DNA from: Chlorobiaceae bacterium
Lineage (GTDB): Bacteria > Bacteroidota > Chlorobiia > Chlorobiales > Chlorobiaceae
Direction: 5' to 3'
NCBI GenBank assembly: GCA_037141805.1
Contig: JBAXBW010000001.1
Location: forward strand, 1-46,334
Length of the DNA stretch: 46,334 nt
How positions within the stretch are numbered: position 1 is the stretch's first letter; each line of letters opens with the position of its first letter. Below, piece after piece: positions 32,287-42,532 of the stretch. Both the position numbers and the translations under genes were made by a program. Under the pieces are notes generated by a model. It worked only from the letters and a program-made list of their open reading frames with translations, ran no database searches and was not told the origin of the DNA.

Positions 32287-33845
32287 TTGGCTTCTCTCTC
32301 CTTCTCCGGATATCCGGCACCATTTTCCTGCATACATTTTCGTAAAATATCCTGATCCGAGAAATAATGTTTCCGCCCGGAAATCTCCTGATACTTTTCA
32401 TGACCTTTCCCTGCAACGAGAAGAACATCTCCGTGTTTGAGCATCGAGACCGCCACCCTTATGGCTTCAGCCCTGTCGCTGATCCGCATGTAACGGCTGC
32501 CCCTGATGCCCCGCTCAATTTCATCAAGAATCAGCTCAGGGTCCTCATTACGGGGATTATCAGCAGTAATAATGACTTCATCGGCCGTTTCGGAAGCGAT
32601 ACGCCCCATTTCAGGACGTTTTAAGCGGTCACGATTACCCCCGCACCCGAAAACCACCATGAGACGAGAACCTTCAGGCTTCAGACTGCGCAAGGCATCA
32701 AGTGCCTTGAAAAGTGCATCAGGAGTGTGAGCATAATCAACAAAAACCCAGGACCCCTGACTCCTGCCGACGATTCTTTCCATGCGCCCCTCAACTGCCA
32801 CAATCTCAGAAAGAGAACGGCAGATCTCCTTGGGGACAAGACCCATCCCACTTCCGATCGCCGCCGCCTCAAGCACATTCATGACATTAAAGAGCCCGGG
32901 CAACCCAACCTGCATGGTCATCACCGAGTCAGGAAAATGGAGGTTGACCGTGGTTGACAGAAGAGTGCTCTGAAGAATATCGGCTTTAAAAACGCGGCAG
33001 CACGAAACCTCCGGCACCGCTCCTGACAGCAAACTGCAACCGTATATTTTTTCAGAATCAACCCGTTCGGCCATCTTTACGGCATAGGGATCATCAATAT
33101 TGAGGACAGCAAATCCCTCCGGGGCAAGCTGGTCGAACAACTGCTGCTTGGCTGAAGCATACTCCTGCATGGAGTTGTGAAAGTCAAGATGCTCCATGGT
33201 GAGGTTGGTAAAAAGTGCAGCATGAAACCTGATACCGTACACTCTCTGCAGCACCAGTGCATGGGAAGAGACCTCCATGACTGCCGCCCTGCATCCAGCA
33301 TCAACCATCTCACGGAAAAGCGCATGCAGACCGTGCGCCTCAGGGGTGGTACGCTCTAATGGAATATCGCGTTCACCAATCCTGCAGAGATTGGTACCGA
33401 TATAACCCGCCGGAATGCCGCAGGCATTGAGCATTGCCGTGATCAGCTTTGCTGTGGTGGTTTTGCCGTTCGTCCCGGTAACCCCGATAAGCAGCAACTG
33501 GTCAGCAGCATAATCATAAAAAAAAAGGGCCGCCTCGGCAAGAGCCTTTCGTGCATCATAAACTCTTATATAAAGAGTAGATACGTCTCGATCTGATGGA
33601 AATTCTTCACAGATAACCGCCACAGCTCCACCTTCGACAGCGCTGCGGATAAACCGGTGACCGTCAGTTGAGTAGCCTCTGACCGCAACAAAAAGTGCGC
33701 CAGGATAAACCTCCCGTGAATCGCTGGTTATCATGCATACTGAGCCGCCACCGGTATTTCCGGAAAGCTCAAGAGAAGAAATTGCTCTGAGCAAATCCTC
33801 AAGTTGCACTTCCCTCTGGCCAGCACTCTCTTTCTTGACGGTCAT
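32283..33845 (-). CDS. murE: UDP-MurNAc-L-Ala-D-Glu--2,6-diaminopimelate ligase
   Basis: GVTGTNGKTT, TTPE, MEVSSH, VDYAHTPD, FGCGG.RD, DNPR (meso-DAP type), AGKGHE.YQ. Confidence 0.97.
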   Translation of the reverse strand: MTVKKESAGQREVQLEDLLRAISSLELSGNTGGGSVCMITSDSREVYPGALFVAVRGYSTDGHRFIRSAVEGGAVAVICEEFPSDRDVSTLYIRVYDARKALAEAALFFYDYAADQLLLIGVTGTNGKTTTAKLITAMLNACGIPAGYIGTNLCRIGERDIPLERTTPEAHGLHALFREMVDAGCRAAVMEVSSHALVLQRVYGIRFHAALFTNLTMEHLDFHNSMQEYASAKQQLFDQLAPEGFAVLNIDDPYAVKMAERVDSEKIYGCSLLSGAVPEVSCCRVFKADILQSTLLSTTVNLHFPDSVMTMQVGLPGLFNVMNVLEAAAIGSGMGLVPKEICRSLSEIVAVEGRMERIVGRSQGSWVFVDYAHTPDALFKALDALRSLKPEGSRLMVVFGCGGNRDRLKRPEMGRIASETADEVIITADNPRNEDPELILDEIERGIRGSRYMRISDRAEAIRVAVSMLKHGDVLLVAGKGHEKYQEISGRKHYFSDQDILRKCMQENGAGYPEKEREAK

Positions 33846-35845
33846 GAGGGATTTCTGTTTATCTTCTTTAAAGAAAGCGTCACCGCAATAACCCTTTTCT
33901 TTTCAACCTTGCTGCCAGCCAAAATGTTTTGGCGGACAACAACCCCGTCAAAATCTCCTGAATACTCCATCTCCAGATTGAGCCATTTCAGCAACCGCTG
34001 AGCATCTCGACCATTCAGTCCCATGAGTTCAGGAACTGTCACCGTAGAAACAGAATCAATAATCCCCTGTTCAGGAGCACGGATGAAAAGGTTTTTCTGC
34101 ATCTCCTCCGAACAGGCAACCATTCTCGATGCAATTCCGGCAAAAACCGGAACCGCAACGGTTGCGGCATAGTAAGCTGTTTTTGGATTTTCAACAAGCA
34201 CAATAATAGCATAGCGGGGAGCGGCTGCAGGAAAATAGCCGACAAATGAAGAGACATAGGAGCGGTTGGCATACGACCCCCCGGCCGCACGCCTTGCGGT
34301 TCCTGTCTTGCCTGCCACATTCATACTGATCAAGAGATTATTTTTAGCCGTTCCACTGTCCACAACCGCTTTAAAATACTCTTTGTTGAGATATCGTGCT
34401 GTTGAGACCGTAACGACTCTCTGGACTGTTTCAGGAGCACCCTCCTGGACGACCTGACCCTTCGCATCAGTAATCTTCTTGATAATATAGGGCCTCATCC
34501 GCTCACCATCATTGGCAATGGTCGCGTATGCCTGCAGGATCTGCAACGGGGTGGTCATCACCTGATAACCATAGCCCATCCAGGGGAGAGTGGTCATATC
34601 CCACTGGGCAAGGGGGCGAACGATTCCTCTTGCCTCACCAACCAGTCCGATACCCGTCTTCTTTCCAAAACCAAAATTTCTCGTATAGGCACTGAATTTT
34701 TCTCGCCCGACCCGCATGGCAGTCGTGGCTGCTACAATATTGCTTGAATGCATGATGGCCTGACGGAACGTTATGTATCCGTAAGGCTCATGATCCGTGA
34801 TCTTGAGTTTGTAAAACGGCATAACCCCATTATAGCCAAAGACCATATCATCAGCTTTTCTTTTAAGCACTTCCGTTGCCGCTGCGGCCATGACCAGCTT
34901 GAATGTTGAACCAGGTTCATACATTTCAGTCACTGCACGGTTCCGCGAATTTTCCTTGCTCCATGTTGACCTTTTGTTCAAATCAAACGCCGGATTGTTC
35001 GCCATGGCAAGAATCTCTCCAGTACGAACATCCATAACAATACTGGTCGCCGCATCAGCCCTGAAAGTAGCAACTGCCTTTGAGAGCTCATCTTCGACAA
35101 TACCTTGAATATCCGCATCAATAGTGAGTTGGACCGTATCACCTTTTACGGCATCCTGTTGCTGGGCATCAGGAGCAGGGTAACGCACTCCGGTGGCGCT
35201 CCGCTGAAAATTTCTTGTGCCGTCAATCCCTTTCAGCTCCTTGTTCAACTGCAGTTCAAGACCGCTGCTTCCGTCAATTTTACTTTTTTCGTTGCCGGTA
35301 AAACCGATCAACTGGGCGGCAACGTTCAGGTAAGACCGCTGCTGTTCCTTGTCAAACCATGTCCCATAAATCTTCTCCTGCATAAGCGGCAGTGCTTTCA
35401 CAACGGGTATTTTCCGGCAAAGCACCGTGATTCCTTTACGGCGTTTCAACTCTTTGAGAAGTACCTGCCTGTTCAACCCCAGATGCTTTGCAAACAGGGT
35501 GGCAACATTTCCTGTATTATCATAAGTTTTCTGTTTCCTGCTTTGCTTGTCATTAACCGGCTTGCCATGTTCATCAAACAGGGGAGTATTCCTGATTATC
35601 GAAGGACTGGCATAGAAAGAAATCGACTCAATACTTTCGGCAAGTATACGAGAACGTCGATCAACAATAACCCCCCTCTGTGCGACTTCCGTGACTACCC
35701 GTTCATACTGCTGGGCTGCTTTATACTTATACTTCTTGACATTGATCACCTGAATATTGAGCAGCATGCCAATGATCGCGACAATAAACAGCGAAAAAGC
35801 GCAAAACACAACAGCGAGCCGCTTGCCAAACTCCTGATCATTCAT
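33842..35845 (-). CDS. ftsI: Penicillin-binding protein 3 (FtsI) with C-terminal PASTA-like domain
   Basis: RG.I.DR, SGLE, LTID, EPGSTFK (SxxK), SSN, GKTGT. ATG at 35845; alternative TTG start at 35851. Confidence 0.93.
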   Translation of the reverse strand: MNDQEFGKRLAVVFCAFSLFIVAIIGMLLNIQVINVKKYKYKAAQQYERVVTEVAQRGVIVDRRSRILAESIESISFYASPSIIRNTPLFDEHGKPVNDKQSRKQKTYDNTGNVATLFAKHLGLNRQVLLKELKRRKGITVLCRKIPVVKALPLMQEKIYGTWFDKEQQRSYLNVAAQLIGFTGNEKSKIDGSSGLELQLNKELKGIDGTRNFQRSATGVRYPAPDAQQQDAVKGDTVQLTIDADIQGIVEDELSKAVATFRADAATSIVMDVRTGEILAMANNPAFDLNKRSTWSKENSRNRAVTEMYEPGSTFKLVMAAAATEVLKRKADDMVFGYNGVMPFYKLKITDHEPYGYITFRQAIMHSSNIVAATTAMRVGREKFSAYTRNFGFGKKTGIGLVGEARGIVRPLAQWDMTTLPWMGYGYQVMTTPLQILQAYATIANDGERMRPYIIKKITDAKGQVVQEGAPETVQRVVTVSTARYLNKEYFKAVVDSGTAKNNLLISMNVAGKTGTARRAAGGSYANRSYVSSFVGYFPAAAPRYAIIVLVENPKTAYYAATVAVPVFAGIASRMVACSEEMQKNLFIRAPEQGIIDSVSTVTVPELMGLNGRDAQRLLKWLNLEMEYSGDFDGVVVRQNILAGSKVEKKRVIAVTLSLKKINRNPS

Positions 35846-35876
35846 AAGCAATCCCGTTCATTGAGCGGCAAATAAT

Positions 35877-36158
35877 TCACGGTTCAAGTTCAACCGGAGG
35901 CACCCCGGATGGTGTAAGACCAAGCGATGCGGCTTCCTGCGAAATATTATGGATACTATGCAGTTCATCCGCTCTCAGCTTCTGTGAGGTGATCATACTG
36001 GAACTCATCTGGATCTGCTCCCTAAGCTTTTCATTCTTCAGCGCAAGCTCAGTTATTGCAAGGTTATTATGCGTCTGGAAAAGAAAAATCCCTGTTATGG
36101 CCAGAAGGTACAAAAAAGTTTTTGGTTGCAGCAACACACCAATATCAAAATTATTCAT
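35877..36158 (-). CDS. ftsL: FtsL-like cell division protein
   Basis: Small protein with one TM and a coiled coil, ending I..EA..LGL; lies between rsmH and ftsI; GGAGA RBS before ATG 36158. Confidence 0.65.
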   Translation of the reverse strand: MNNFDIGVLLQPKTFLYLLAITGIFLFQTHNNLAITELALKNEKLREQIQMSSSMITSQKLRADELHSIHNISQEAASLGLTPSGVPPVELEP

Positions 36159-37131
36159 GGTTATCTCTCCGTGGAATTTTTTCAATCACCCTCAATTTTG
36201 CACTTCTTGCTCTCGGGTTTGATACAGTCTCCAGCACGCTTGCCATCAAAGGCTTTCTGGTAACAAGAACGACAGAGCCATACGAAATCGGTTCCCTCAT
36301 CGCCACCCCTTTGGGCCCCCAGTCACTCCTGGCTTTTTCAGCAAAAACGCTCTTCACGATTCTGTCCTCAAGAGAGTGATAGCTGATAACCGCCATCCGG
36401 CCATAATCATCAAGGCAATCAATACCGTCACTGAGCGCCCGGCGAAGCACATCAAGCTCGCCATTAACCTCAATTCTCAACGCCTGAAACACCCTTGAAA
36501 GTGTCTTGATAACCTTCTCACCGCCGTGCGCGTTGCCACGGATAATATCAGCAAGCTCTTTTGTGCCACCGACTGATCCATTTTTTGTGCGCCAGGCAAC
36601 AATCGCTTTCGCAATGCTCCGACTTCTCGGTTCTTCTCCATACCTGTATATAAGTCGAGCAAGCTCCTTCTCTTCATAGCTGTTTACAATATCTCCGGCC
36701 TTCAGGGGAGCACCACTGTCCATCCTCATATCAAGCGGCCCCTCTCTGAGATAGCTGAAGCCCCGCTCCGCTGTATCAATCTGAAACGATGAAACCCCAA
36801 GATCAAGCAATATCCCGTCAACCTTCGGTTGCAAACCCTTGTTACCACAGACTCCTGTAATGATTGCCTCAATATCCTGAAAATTCCCCTTGACCAGAAC
36901 AGAATGGGGCTCGTTCCCCTTCAGCTTTCTGGTCGCCTCTTCCAATGCCGCATCATCCTGATCAATACCGATCAGCAGTGATCGCTCGCTATAACCTGCT
37001 TCATGCAGCGCATGAAGGAAGGCAAGCGAATGACCACCACCACCAAGAGTCCCGTCAACATAAATCCCCGGTTTTCTGACCAGAAATGCAACAATTTCAT
37101 CGGCAAGCACCGGATCATGAAATCGCTCCAT
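36151..37131 (-). CDS. rsmH: 16S rRNA m4C1402 methyltransferase
   Basis: HDPVL, DGTLGGGGHS, DLGVSS.Q.D..ERGFS, PLDMRM, FQALRIEVN, SYHSLEDR, NPRARSAKLR. Start is ATG 37131 or GTG 37137. Confidence 0.96.
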   Translation of the reverse strand: MERFHDPVLADEIVAFLVRKPGIYVDGTLGGGGHSLAFLHALHEAGYSERSLLIGIDQDDAALEEATRKLKGNEPHSVLVKGNFQDIEAIITGVCGNKGLQPKVDGILLDLGVSSFQIDTAERGFSYLREGPLDMRMDSGAPLKAGDIVNSYEEKELARLIYRYGEEPRSRSIAKAIVAWRTKNGSVGGTKELADIIRGNAHGGEKVIKTLSRVFQALRIEVNGELDVLRRALSDGIDCLDDYGRMAVISYHSLEDRIVKSVFAEKARSDWGPKGVAMREPISYGSVVLVTRKPLMASVLETVSNPRARSAKLRVIEKIPRRDNHE

Positions 37132-37136
37132 TGCCA

Positions 37137-37607
37137 CTAAAAATATCTTCCGGCAAGAGATGCAAAACGACTCGCACTCTCCTGCAGCAGCATGAAAAGG
37201 CGATCTGGATCCCAAATTATCATTTTCGTATCAGCGCCGATAATAACCACATCCTTCGTAATAGCCGCATGGTCAAGAAATTCCCTTGAAAGCGCAACCC
37301 GACCCTGGCGGTCAACTTCAACCATTTCAAAACTTTCGTACATTAATGTTTTCAACAAGCGCTCTTCAGGGTTAAAATCGGAAAGAGCAGAGATGGTTTT
37401 TCTAATATGGTTCCAGACAAACGGCTCATAAAGTTCAAGAGATCGATCGGGAGCTTTCATGATATAGAGCGCTTCAATACGCTCCGGCAAAAGCTCCTCG
37501 ATACCCGACGAAGCTGGCTGACCAAATCTGCGGCGAAACCTTGCCGGAATCATCAGACGTCCTTTCTCGTCGACAGCATGTCTCTCTTTTCCTATAAAAC
37601 CTGCCAT
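37137..37607 (-). CDS. mraZ: Division/cell wall cluster transcriptional repressor MraZ
   Basis: Two DxxGR motifs (VDEKGRLMIPARFR, VDRQGRV); first gene of the dcw cluster. Confidence 0.95.
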   Translation of the reverse strand: MAGFIGKERHAVDEKGRLMIPARFRRRFGQPASSGIEELLPERIEALYIMKAPDRSLELYEPFVWNHIRKTISALSDFNPEERLLKTLMYESFEMVEVDRQGRVALSREFLDHAAITKDVVIIGADTKMIIWDPDRLFMLLQESASRFASLAGRYF

Positions 37608-37718
37608 TATGGAGAACCCTTGAACGACCGTTATGCGGATATTTCCAGCCCCTCAACTCATTGTTTCCTGAAAATCAGCAAATAAAAAAGGAAAAAACAG
37701 CAACCGCGAACAATAGCG

Positions 37719-37746
37719 CCCATTTTTTACCATTTTTTACCACCAC
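37719..37746 (-). promoter_or_regulatory. Putative MraZ-binding repeats (dcw box)
   Basis: Minus strand GTGG-TAAAAA-ATGG-TAAAAA-ATGG: three (G/A)TGG at 10-bp spacing about 110 nt upstream of mraZ, directly downstream of a TACATT -10-like hexamer. Confidence 0.75.
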
Positions 37747-37860
37747 AAAATGTATAAAAAAGGAGGCACTAATAAAATAGTCCTTTCGGGGAAATGACCT
37801 CTCACCCCTCAATGGTGGAGAGGTGGTACCTCAGTAAAAACGTCGCCTGAAAGAAAAAAA

Positions 37861-39615
37861 TTAAAATCCGAGCTCCCCCTGTAACCAGAACCGACTCTTG
37901 TCGTCCCTGCCATCAGCATTATTGCCTTCATACTGACCAGGATTAGATCCAATCACATGGGCCCAACTGCAACGAAGCGATCCCTTCCCGGAAAAGAGAT
38001 AGTTGAGTCCAACCCCGGCACCCTGCAACCAGTAAGTGTTACTGCTCGTGGCATTAGCGACATCGCCAGCATACCTGTCCCTGTTCAGGGTTATGTAACC
38101 AGCATCATAAAAGCAGGCAATCTGAAGAGTTCGTGTTGAAGTTCCAGGAGGAATATTGTAGCGGATATCGGCAGAGACAAGCTGACCTTCATCTCCAGGG
38201 GCCTCGCCAACCGGATAGGCACGCACAGCGTTTGGACCGCCAAGTGAAAACTGTTCACTGCTGCCAAGGTTATCAAGCGATATCTGCGCTGACCCGGAAA
38301 GATTGAAATTGACACCTTCAGCAAGGCGCTGCAGACGTGCAAGAGCAAAATTAAAGCGGGTATATCGTCCCTCTTTTCCGGTAAGATAATATGAGGCGTT
38401 CTTTGATTCATTGAGGTGGCCTGTGGTAACACCAGCACTATAACTGGTAGCGCCACCTCCCAGGAACTGATCGTAACGGTCGCCGTTGGCAATCAAGGTG
38501 ACACTGTTGAGTTGCTTGTCATAGTTGACTGAACCATTCACTTTATCGACAAGCACCTTGTATCCGTAAGTCAGACTCGTCATGAGAGTGTTGGTGCGGC
38601 TTCGAAGCAGCGAGTAACTGAGTCCGACATCAACATTGTTACTGCCGCCCCTGGAGTCAAGATATGCACGGTCAGCACCGATTTCATAATTCATACCAGT
38701 ATAGGAGAGGGATCCTCTGAGTCCCGGAAAGCATAAGAGAGTGCTGTAGCCTACTCGTCCCTGAACAAGCCCTTCAGCCTCGGTTATAAGCGCGGTAATC
38801 TGGTCTCCATAACGGAACGGGTCATTGATTGATATTGTGGTACTACCCCTCCAGGAACCGGTGTAGCGGCTTCCATGATTATCGCTCCATATCACGCCGG
38901 AAAGGATAGGACCTTCGCTGACAGCAACTTCTACGCTGGTAGTGCCAGGAAGAGTTCCGGGAGCCAGCGATGCGCGAGCGATCACTCCGGGTAAATCGTT
39001 CATAAGCAAAACAGAGCGCTCAAAATCATGCTCATTGACAGGTTCCCCCTTGCGTACTGCCGTTTCACCTATCCGGCGCAAAACGCACTGGGAGATCCTT
39101 GCTGTTTTGTCCAGCTTGAACTCCAGACGGCCATCGCTCGCCCCCTGAAGAACGGCAATTTCAATAACGCCTGAGGTAACGTCCTGTTTTGGAAGGTAGG
39201 CTCTTGCGCGAAACCATCCCTTTTCCCTGAAATGGTCGATAATTTTATCCACAAGACCTTTCAGCTCTCCGAAAGAGACGGTCTTGCCTTTGGTATCAGC
39301 TACCAGCGCCTGTAACTCCGCCTCGGTAGCAACTCCCTCGTAGCCGCTGAATTTGAATCCCTTCACAGCAACAAGAACGCCTGACTCAGTTATTACTGGC
39401 TGCTCTTTGGTCTTCTCAAGAACAGGGAGCTGTGGGTATTGTGGCGATACTCGCTGCTGATCACGAAGAATACTTCCTGCATCGACCGCAGGCGGTGGAC
39501 CAGCCAAAACCGGCACTGTAAAATATGAAAGCGAGAGAACCGAAAGGAGTCCGATAAAAGACCCTGCATTACCTGCAACGATATAGCGCACTGACAACAA
39601 CCGTTTATCAATCAT
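37861..39615 (-). CDS. ShlB/FhaC/HecB family two-partner secretion transporter (TpsB)
   Basis: N-terminal hydrophobic signal region, DAGSILR, POTRA motifs (AYLPKQDV..G.I.I.V..G; ERSVLLMNDLPG), DNHGSRYTG, loop-6 EQFSLGG..AVRAY, terminal Phe. Confidence 0.9.
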   Translation of the reverse strand: MIDKRLLSVRYIVAGNAGSFIGLLSVLSLSYFTVPVLAGPPPAVDAGSILRDQQRVSPQYPQLPVLEKTKEQPVITESGVLVAVKGFKFSGYEGVATEAELQALVADTKGKTVSFGELKGLVDKIIDHFREKGWFRARAYLPKQDVTSGVIEIAVLQGASDGRLEFKLDKTARISQCVLRRIGETAVRKGEPVNEHDFERSVLLMNDLPGVIARASLAPGTLPGTTSVEVAVSEGPILSGVIWSDNHGSRYTGSWRGSTTISINDPFRYGDQITALITEAEGLVQGRVGYSTLLCFPGLRGSLSYTGMNYEIGADRAYLDSRGGSNNVDVGLSYSLLRSRTNTLMTSLTYGYKVLVDKVNGSVNYDKQLNSVTLIANGDRYDQFLGGGATSYSAGVTTGHLNESKNASYYLTGKEGRYTRFNFALARLQRLAEGVNFNLSGSAQISLDNLGSSEQFSLGGPNAVRAYPVGEAPGDEGQLVSADIRYNIPPGTSTRTLQIACFYDAGYITLNRDRYAGDVANATSSNTYWLQGAGVGLNYLFSGKGSLRCSWAHVIGSNPGQYEGNNADGRDDKSRFWLQGELGF

Positions 39616-39867
39616 GGAAGACTTGAAAGTTTTCTGCGTAGGTACCTGTGAGTAGTATTCTTCCTGGATACACCACTGAATTTAGTCCAATAAAAAGTAA
39701 TAACCAATTTTTCCCGGAGACGATCCCGTCATGGAACTATTTTGGCGCTGTTGAGAGATCTCCTGCACAAGAAGCGCTTGTCTGGATTCCAAATAAGAAC
39801 AAAAATCACTATTATATCATATTCTATTATCAGCGCCTGTAAACACAACCTCTTAACCACCGTCATT

Positions 39868-40197
39868 ATGATGTCCGACCGCACCGACAATACTACAGCG
39901 CACTGGCAGGAACTTGACGAATGGAGAAAAAAAATCGATTCACTTGACCAGCAGTTATCCACCCTGCTTTGCGAGAGACTGCATTGCGCCCAAAATATCA
40001 GTTTTCTGAAATCGAGAATCGGAGAGCAGGTACTCCAGCCTGAACGCGAAAAAGAGGTGCTCAACAATGTGCTGAACCACGCAGACTCCCCCCTGAAATC
40101 CCGGGCTCTGGAAAAAATCTACCGTTGCATCATTGAAGAGACACGCCTCTTTCAGCAAGAGTGGAAAAGCAGTCAGTCGGGTTTCACGACCAGCTAA
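39868..40197 (+). CDS. Chorismate mutase (AroQ type II, monofunctional)
   Basis: LDEWRKKIDSLD, ER...A..I..LK, QPERE.EVL, IY..IIEE.R..Q. Confidence 0.88.
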   Translation: MMSDRTDNTTAHWQELDEWRKKIDSLDQQLSTLLCERLHCAQNISFLKSRIGEQVLQPEREKEVLNNVLNHADSPLKSRALEKIYRCIIEETRLFQQEWKSSQSGFTTS

Positions 40198-40211
40198 AAG
40201 TCTCACCAGCC

Positions 40212-41234
40212 ATGACTTCAATACATTATTCTTTGCGTAAACTGCTTCTGACTGGAACCATTCTTTTTCTGACAGCAGTGTCGTGCTTTCTATTTATCCC
40301 CGGACTCAATACCTCACAAACAACCACCCGCCTGACGGTTCACCGCAGGATGGTTTTCAGATCTATTCTTGAAGAGCTGCACCGTAACGGTTCTGTTACC
40401 AGTACTTGGCCGACGCTTTTGACGGGAAGCCTTGTTCCAAAACTCCACAATATCAAGCCAGGAAGGTATCTTATCCCTCCGGGAATGTCGAATTTCGGAC
40501 TGTTGTATTACCTCCACGCCCACCCACAGGATGAGGTGCGCATTACGTTACCTGAAGGGATGGATCTCAGAAAAATTGCCCGTATCCTTTCTCGAAACCT
40601 TGATTTTGATTCCACCCGGTTCATGGCAGCGGTCTCCAACAGAAAATTACTTGCCCGCCACGGTATCAGTGCTGACAATGCAGAAGGCTACCTCTTCCCC
40701 GGAACGTACAACTTTGCCTGGGCAAGCACCCCGGAAGAGGCAGCGGGGTTTCTTGTCGGCCGATTCCGGCATTTTTACTCTGACCACCTTCAGAAAATGG
40801 CCGCACAGGAAGGGCTGAGCGAAACCGGACTACTCACCCTGGCTTCTATTGTTGAAGCAGAAACCCCGCTTGATGCCGAAAAAACGCTTGTTGCAAGCGT
40901 CTATCTGAACCGGCTGAAAAAAAACATGCGCCTGCAGGCCGATCCAACGGTACAGTATGCTCTTGGCGGAGCTGCCCGACGGCTTTATTACAAAGACCTT
41001 GCCGCAGACTCGCCCTATAATACCTACCGCCATAACGGACTTCCTCCCGGACCGATCTGCAACCCCGGTGCTGCATCGATACTTGCTGTGCTTAAACCGG
41101 CACAAAGCAGCTTCATCTACTTTGTTGCCACAGGAAATGGAGGGCATAACTTTGCCAGCTCACTGACAGAGCATAATGCCAACATCAAAAAATACAAAAT
41201 TGCCTTGCGCGGCAGGCAGCCCGGATTGGAGTGA
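40212..41234 (+). CDS. mltG: Endolytic transglycosylase MltG
   Basis: N-terminal TM, ITLPEG, EGYLFP.TY, LASIVE.E, NRL...M.LQADPTV, SPYNTY...GLPPGPI.NPG, YFVA. Confidence 0.95.
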   Translation: MTSIHYSLRKLLLTGTILFLTAVSCFLFIPGLNTSQTTTRLTVHRRMVFRSILEELHRNGSVTSTWPTLLTGSLVPKLHNIKPGRYLIPPGMSNFGLLYYLHAHPQDEVRITLPEGMDLRKIARILSRNLDFDSTRFMAAVSNRKLLARHGISADNAEGYLFPGTYNFAWASTPEEAAGFLVGRFRHFYSDHLQKMAAQEGLSETGLLTLASIVEAETPLDAEKTLVASVYLNRLKKNMRLQADPTVQYALGGAARRLYYKDLAADSPYNTYRHNGLPPGPICNPGAASILAVLKPAQSSFIYFVATGNGGHNFASSLTEHNANIKKYKIALRGRQPGLE

Positions 41235-41318
41235 GTTGCATTAATTTCTATCGGCAATTGTATACATTACACAAGCAGATCTTTATGTGATTTTTTTATC
41301 AACCAATTTATCAAAGCA

Positions 41319-42512
41319 ATGCAAAAAAAGACCTTGTCTGACATCTCAACCCAGGGCAAGCGGGTGTTAATGCGTGTTGATTTCAATGTCCCTCTTGACG
41401 AGAACAAAAAAATTACCGATGACAAAAGAATAGTTGAGTCTCTCCCTTCCATTAAAAAAGTTCTTGAAGAGGGAGGGCGCCTTATTCTGATGTCCCATCT
41501 CGGAAGACCAAAAGGAAAAGTCAATCCAGAATACTCGCTTGCTCCGGTGGCCTCCAGACTTGGCGAATTGATCGACAGCCCTGTTCTCATGGCAAAAGAT
41601 TGCACCGGCACTGAGGTTATGCAGCAGGTGCTTGCTCTACAGGATGGTGAGGTTATGCTGCTTGAAAATCTGAGATTTCACCCTGAGGAAGAGGCAAATG
41701 ACCCTGATTTTTCAAGAGAGCTTGCGTCACTCGGAGAGGTGTATGTCAACGATGCCTTTGGCACCGCTCACCGGGCTCATGCATCAACGGAAGGAATTAC
41801 TCATTACGTCCAGACGGCCGTTGCCGGTTATCTGATAGAGCGGGAGCTGTTATATCTGGGAAAAGCTCTGCAGGAACCGGAACGACCATTTGTGGCTATT
41901 CTGGGAGGCTCAAAAATATCAGGGAAAATTGATGTCCTTGAAAACCTTTTCAAAAAAGTCGATACGGTGCTGATCGGCGGCGCCATGGTCTTCACCTTCT
42001 TCAAGGCACAGGGTTATGAGGTGGGAAATTCTCTGGTAGAGGAGAGCAAAATCGAACTTGCCCTCACTATTCTTGAGCAGGCAAAAAAGAAGGGAATCAA
42101 GCTGCTGCTGCCGGTAGACGTCATTGTTGCACCTGAGATTTCAGCCGATGCTGCATCTTACGCTGAAAAGGTCACCAGTATGCCGGAAAAAATGATTGGC
42201 GTTGATATCGGGCCACTCACGGCAGAAACATACCGCAACGAAATTCTTTCAGCTCGAACAGTTCTCTGGAACGGTCCTATGGGCGTTTTTGAAATTGATA
42301 ATTTCGCTTCCGGCACGATTGCTGTCGCAAAGGCTCTGGCCGATGCAACTGCAAAAGGGGCCATAACAATTGTCGGTGGAGGTGATTCGGCATCGGCAAT
42401 AGCAAAGGCTGGTCTGGCAAAAGAGATTACCCATATCTCCACAGGAGGAGGCGCAAGCCTTGAATTCCTTGAAGGCAAGGAGCTCCCCGGAATAGCCGCT
42501 CTGAATGATTAA
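41319..42512 (+). CDS. pgk: Phosphoglycerate kinase
   Basis: [52 protein letters not shown]. Confidence 0.98.
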   Translation: MQKKTLSDISTQGKRVLMRVDFNVPLDENKKITDDKRIVESLPSIKKVLEEGGRLILMSHLGRPKGKVNPEYSLAPVASRLGELIDSPVLMAKDCTGTEVMQQVLALQDGEVMLLENLRFHPEEEANDPDFSRELASLGEVYVNDAFGTAHRAHASTEGITHYVQTAVAGYLIERELLYLGKALQEPERPFVAILGGSKISGKIDVLENLFKKVDTVLIGGAMVFTFFKAQGYEVGNSLVEESKIELALTILEQAKKKGIKLLLPVDVIVAPEISADAASYAEKVTSMPEKMIGVDIGPLTAETYRNEILSARTVLWNGPMGVFEIDNFASGTIAVAKALADATAKGAITIVGGGDSASAIAKAGLAKEITHISTGGGASLEFLEGKELPGIAALND

Positions 42513-42532
42513 TCGAAGAACCATACCTCGTA

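Noticed and set aside
35105-35875. 256-aa plus-strand ORF
   Set aside because: Antisense shadow of ftsI with no protein-like features.
21114-37607. murB and ddl missing from the dcw cluster
   Set aside because: These genes are often located elsewhere; nothing here indicates loss.
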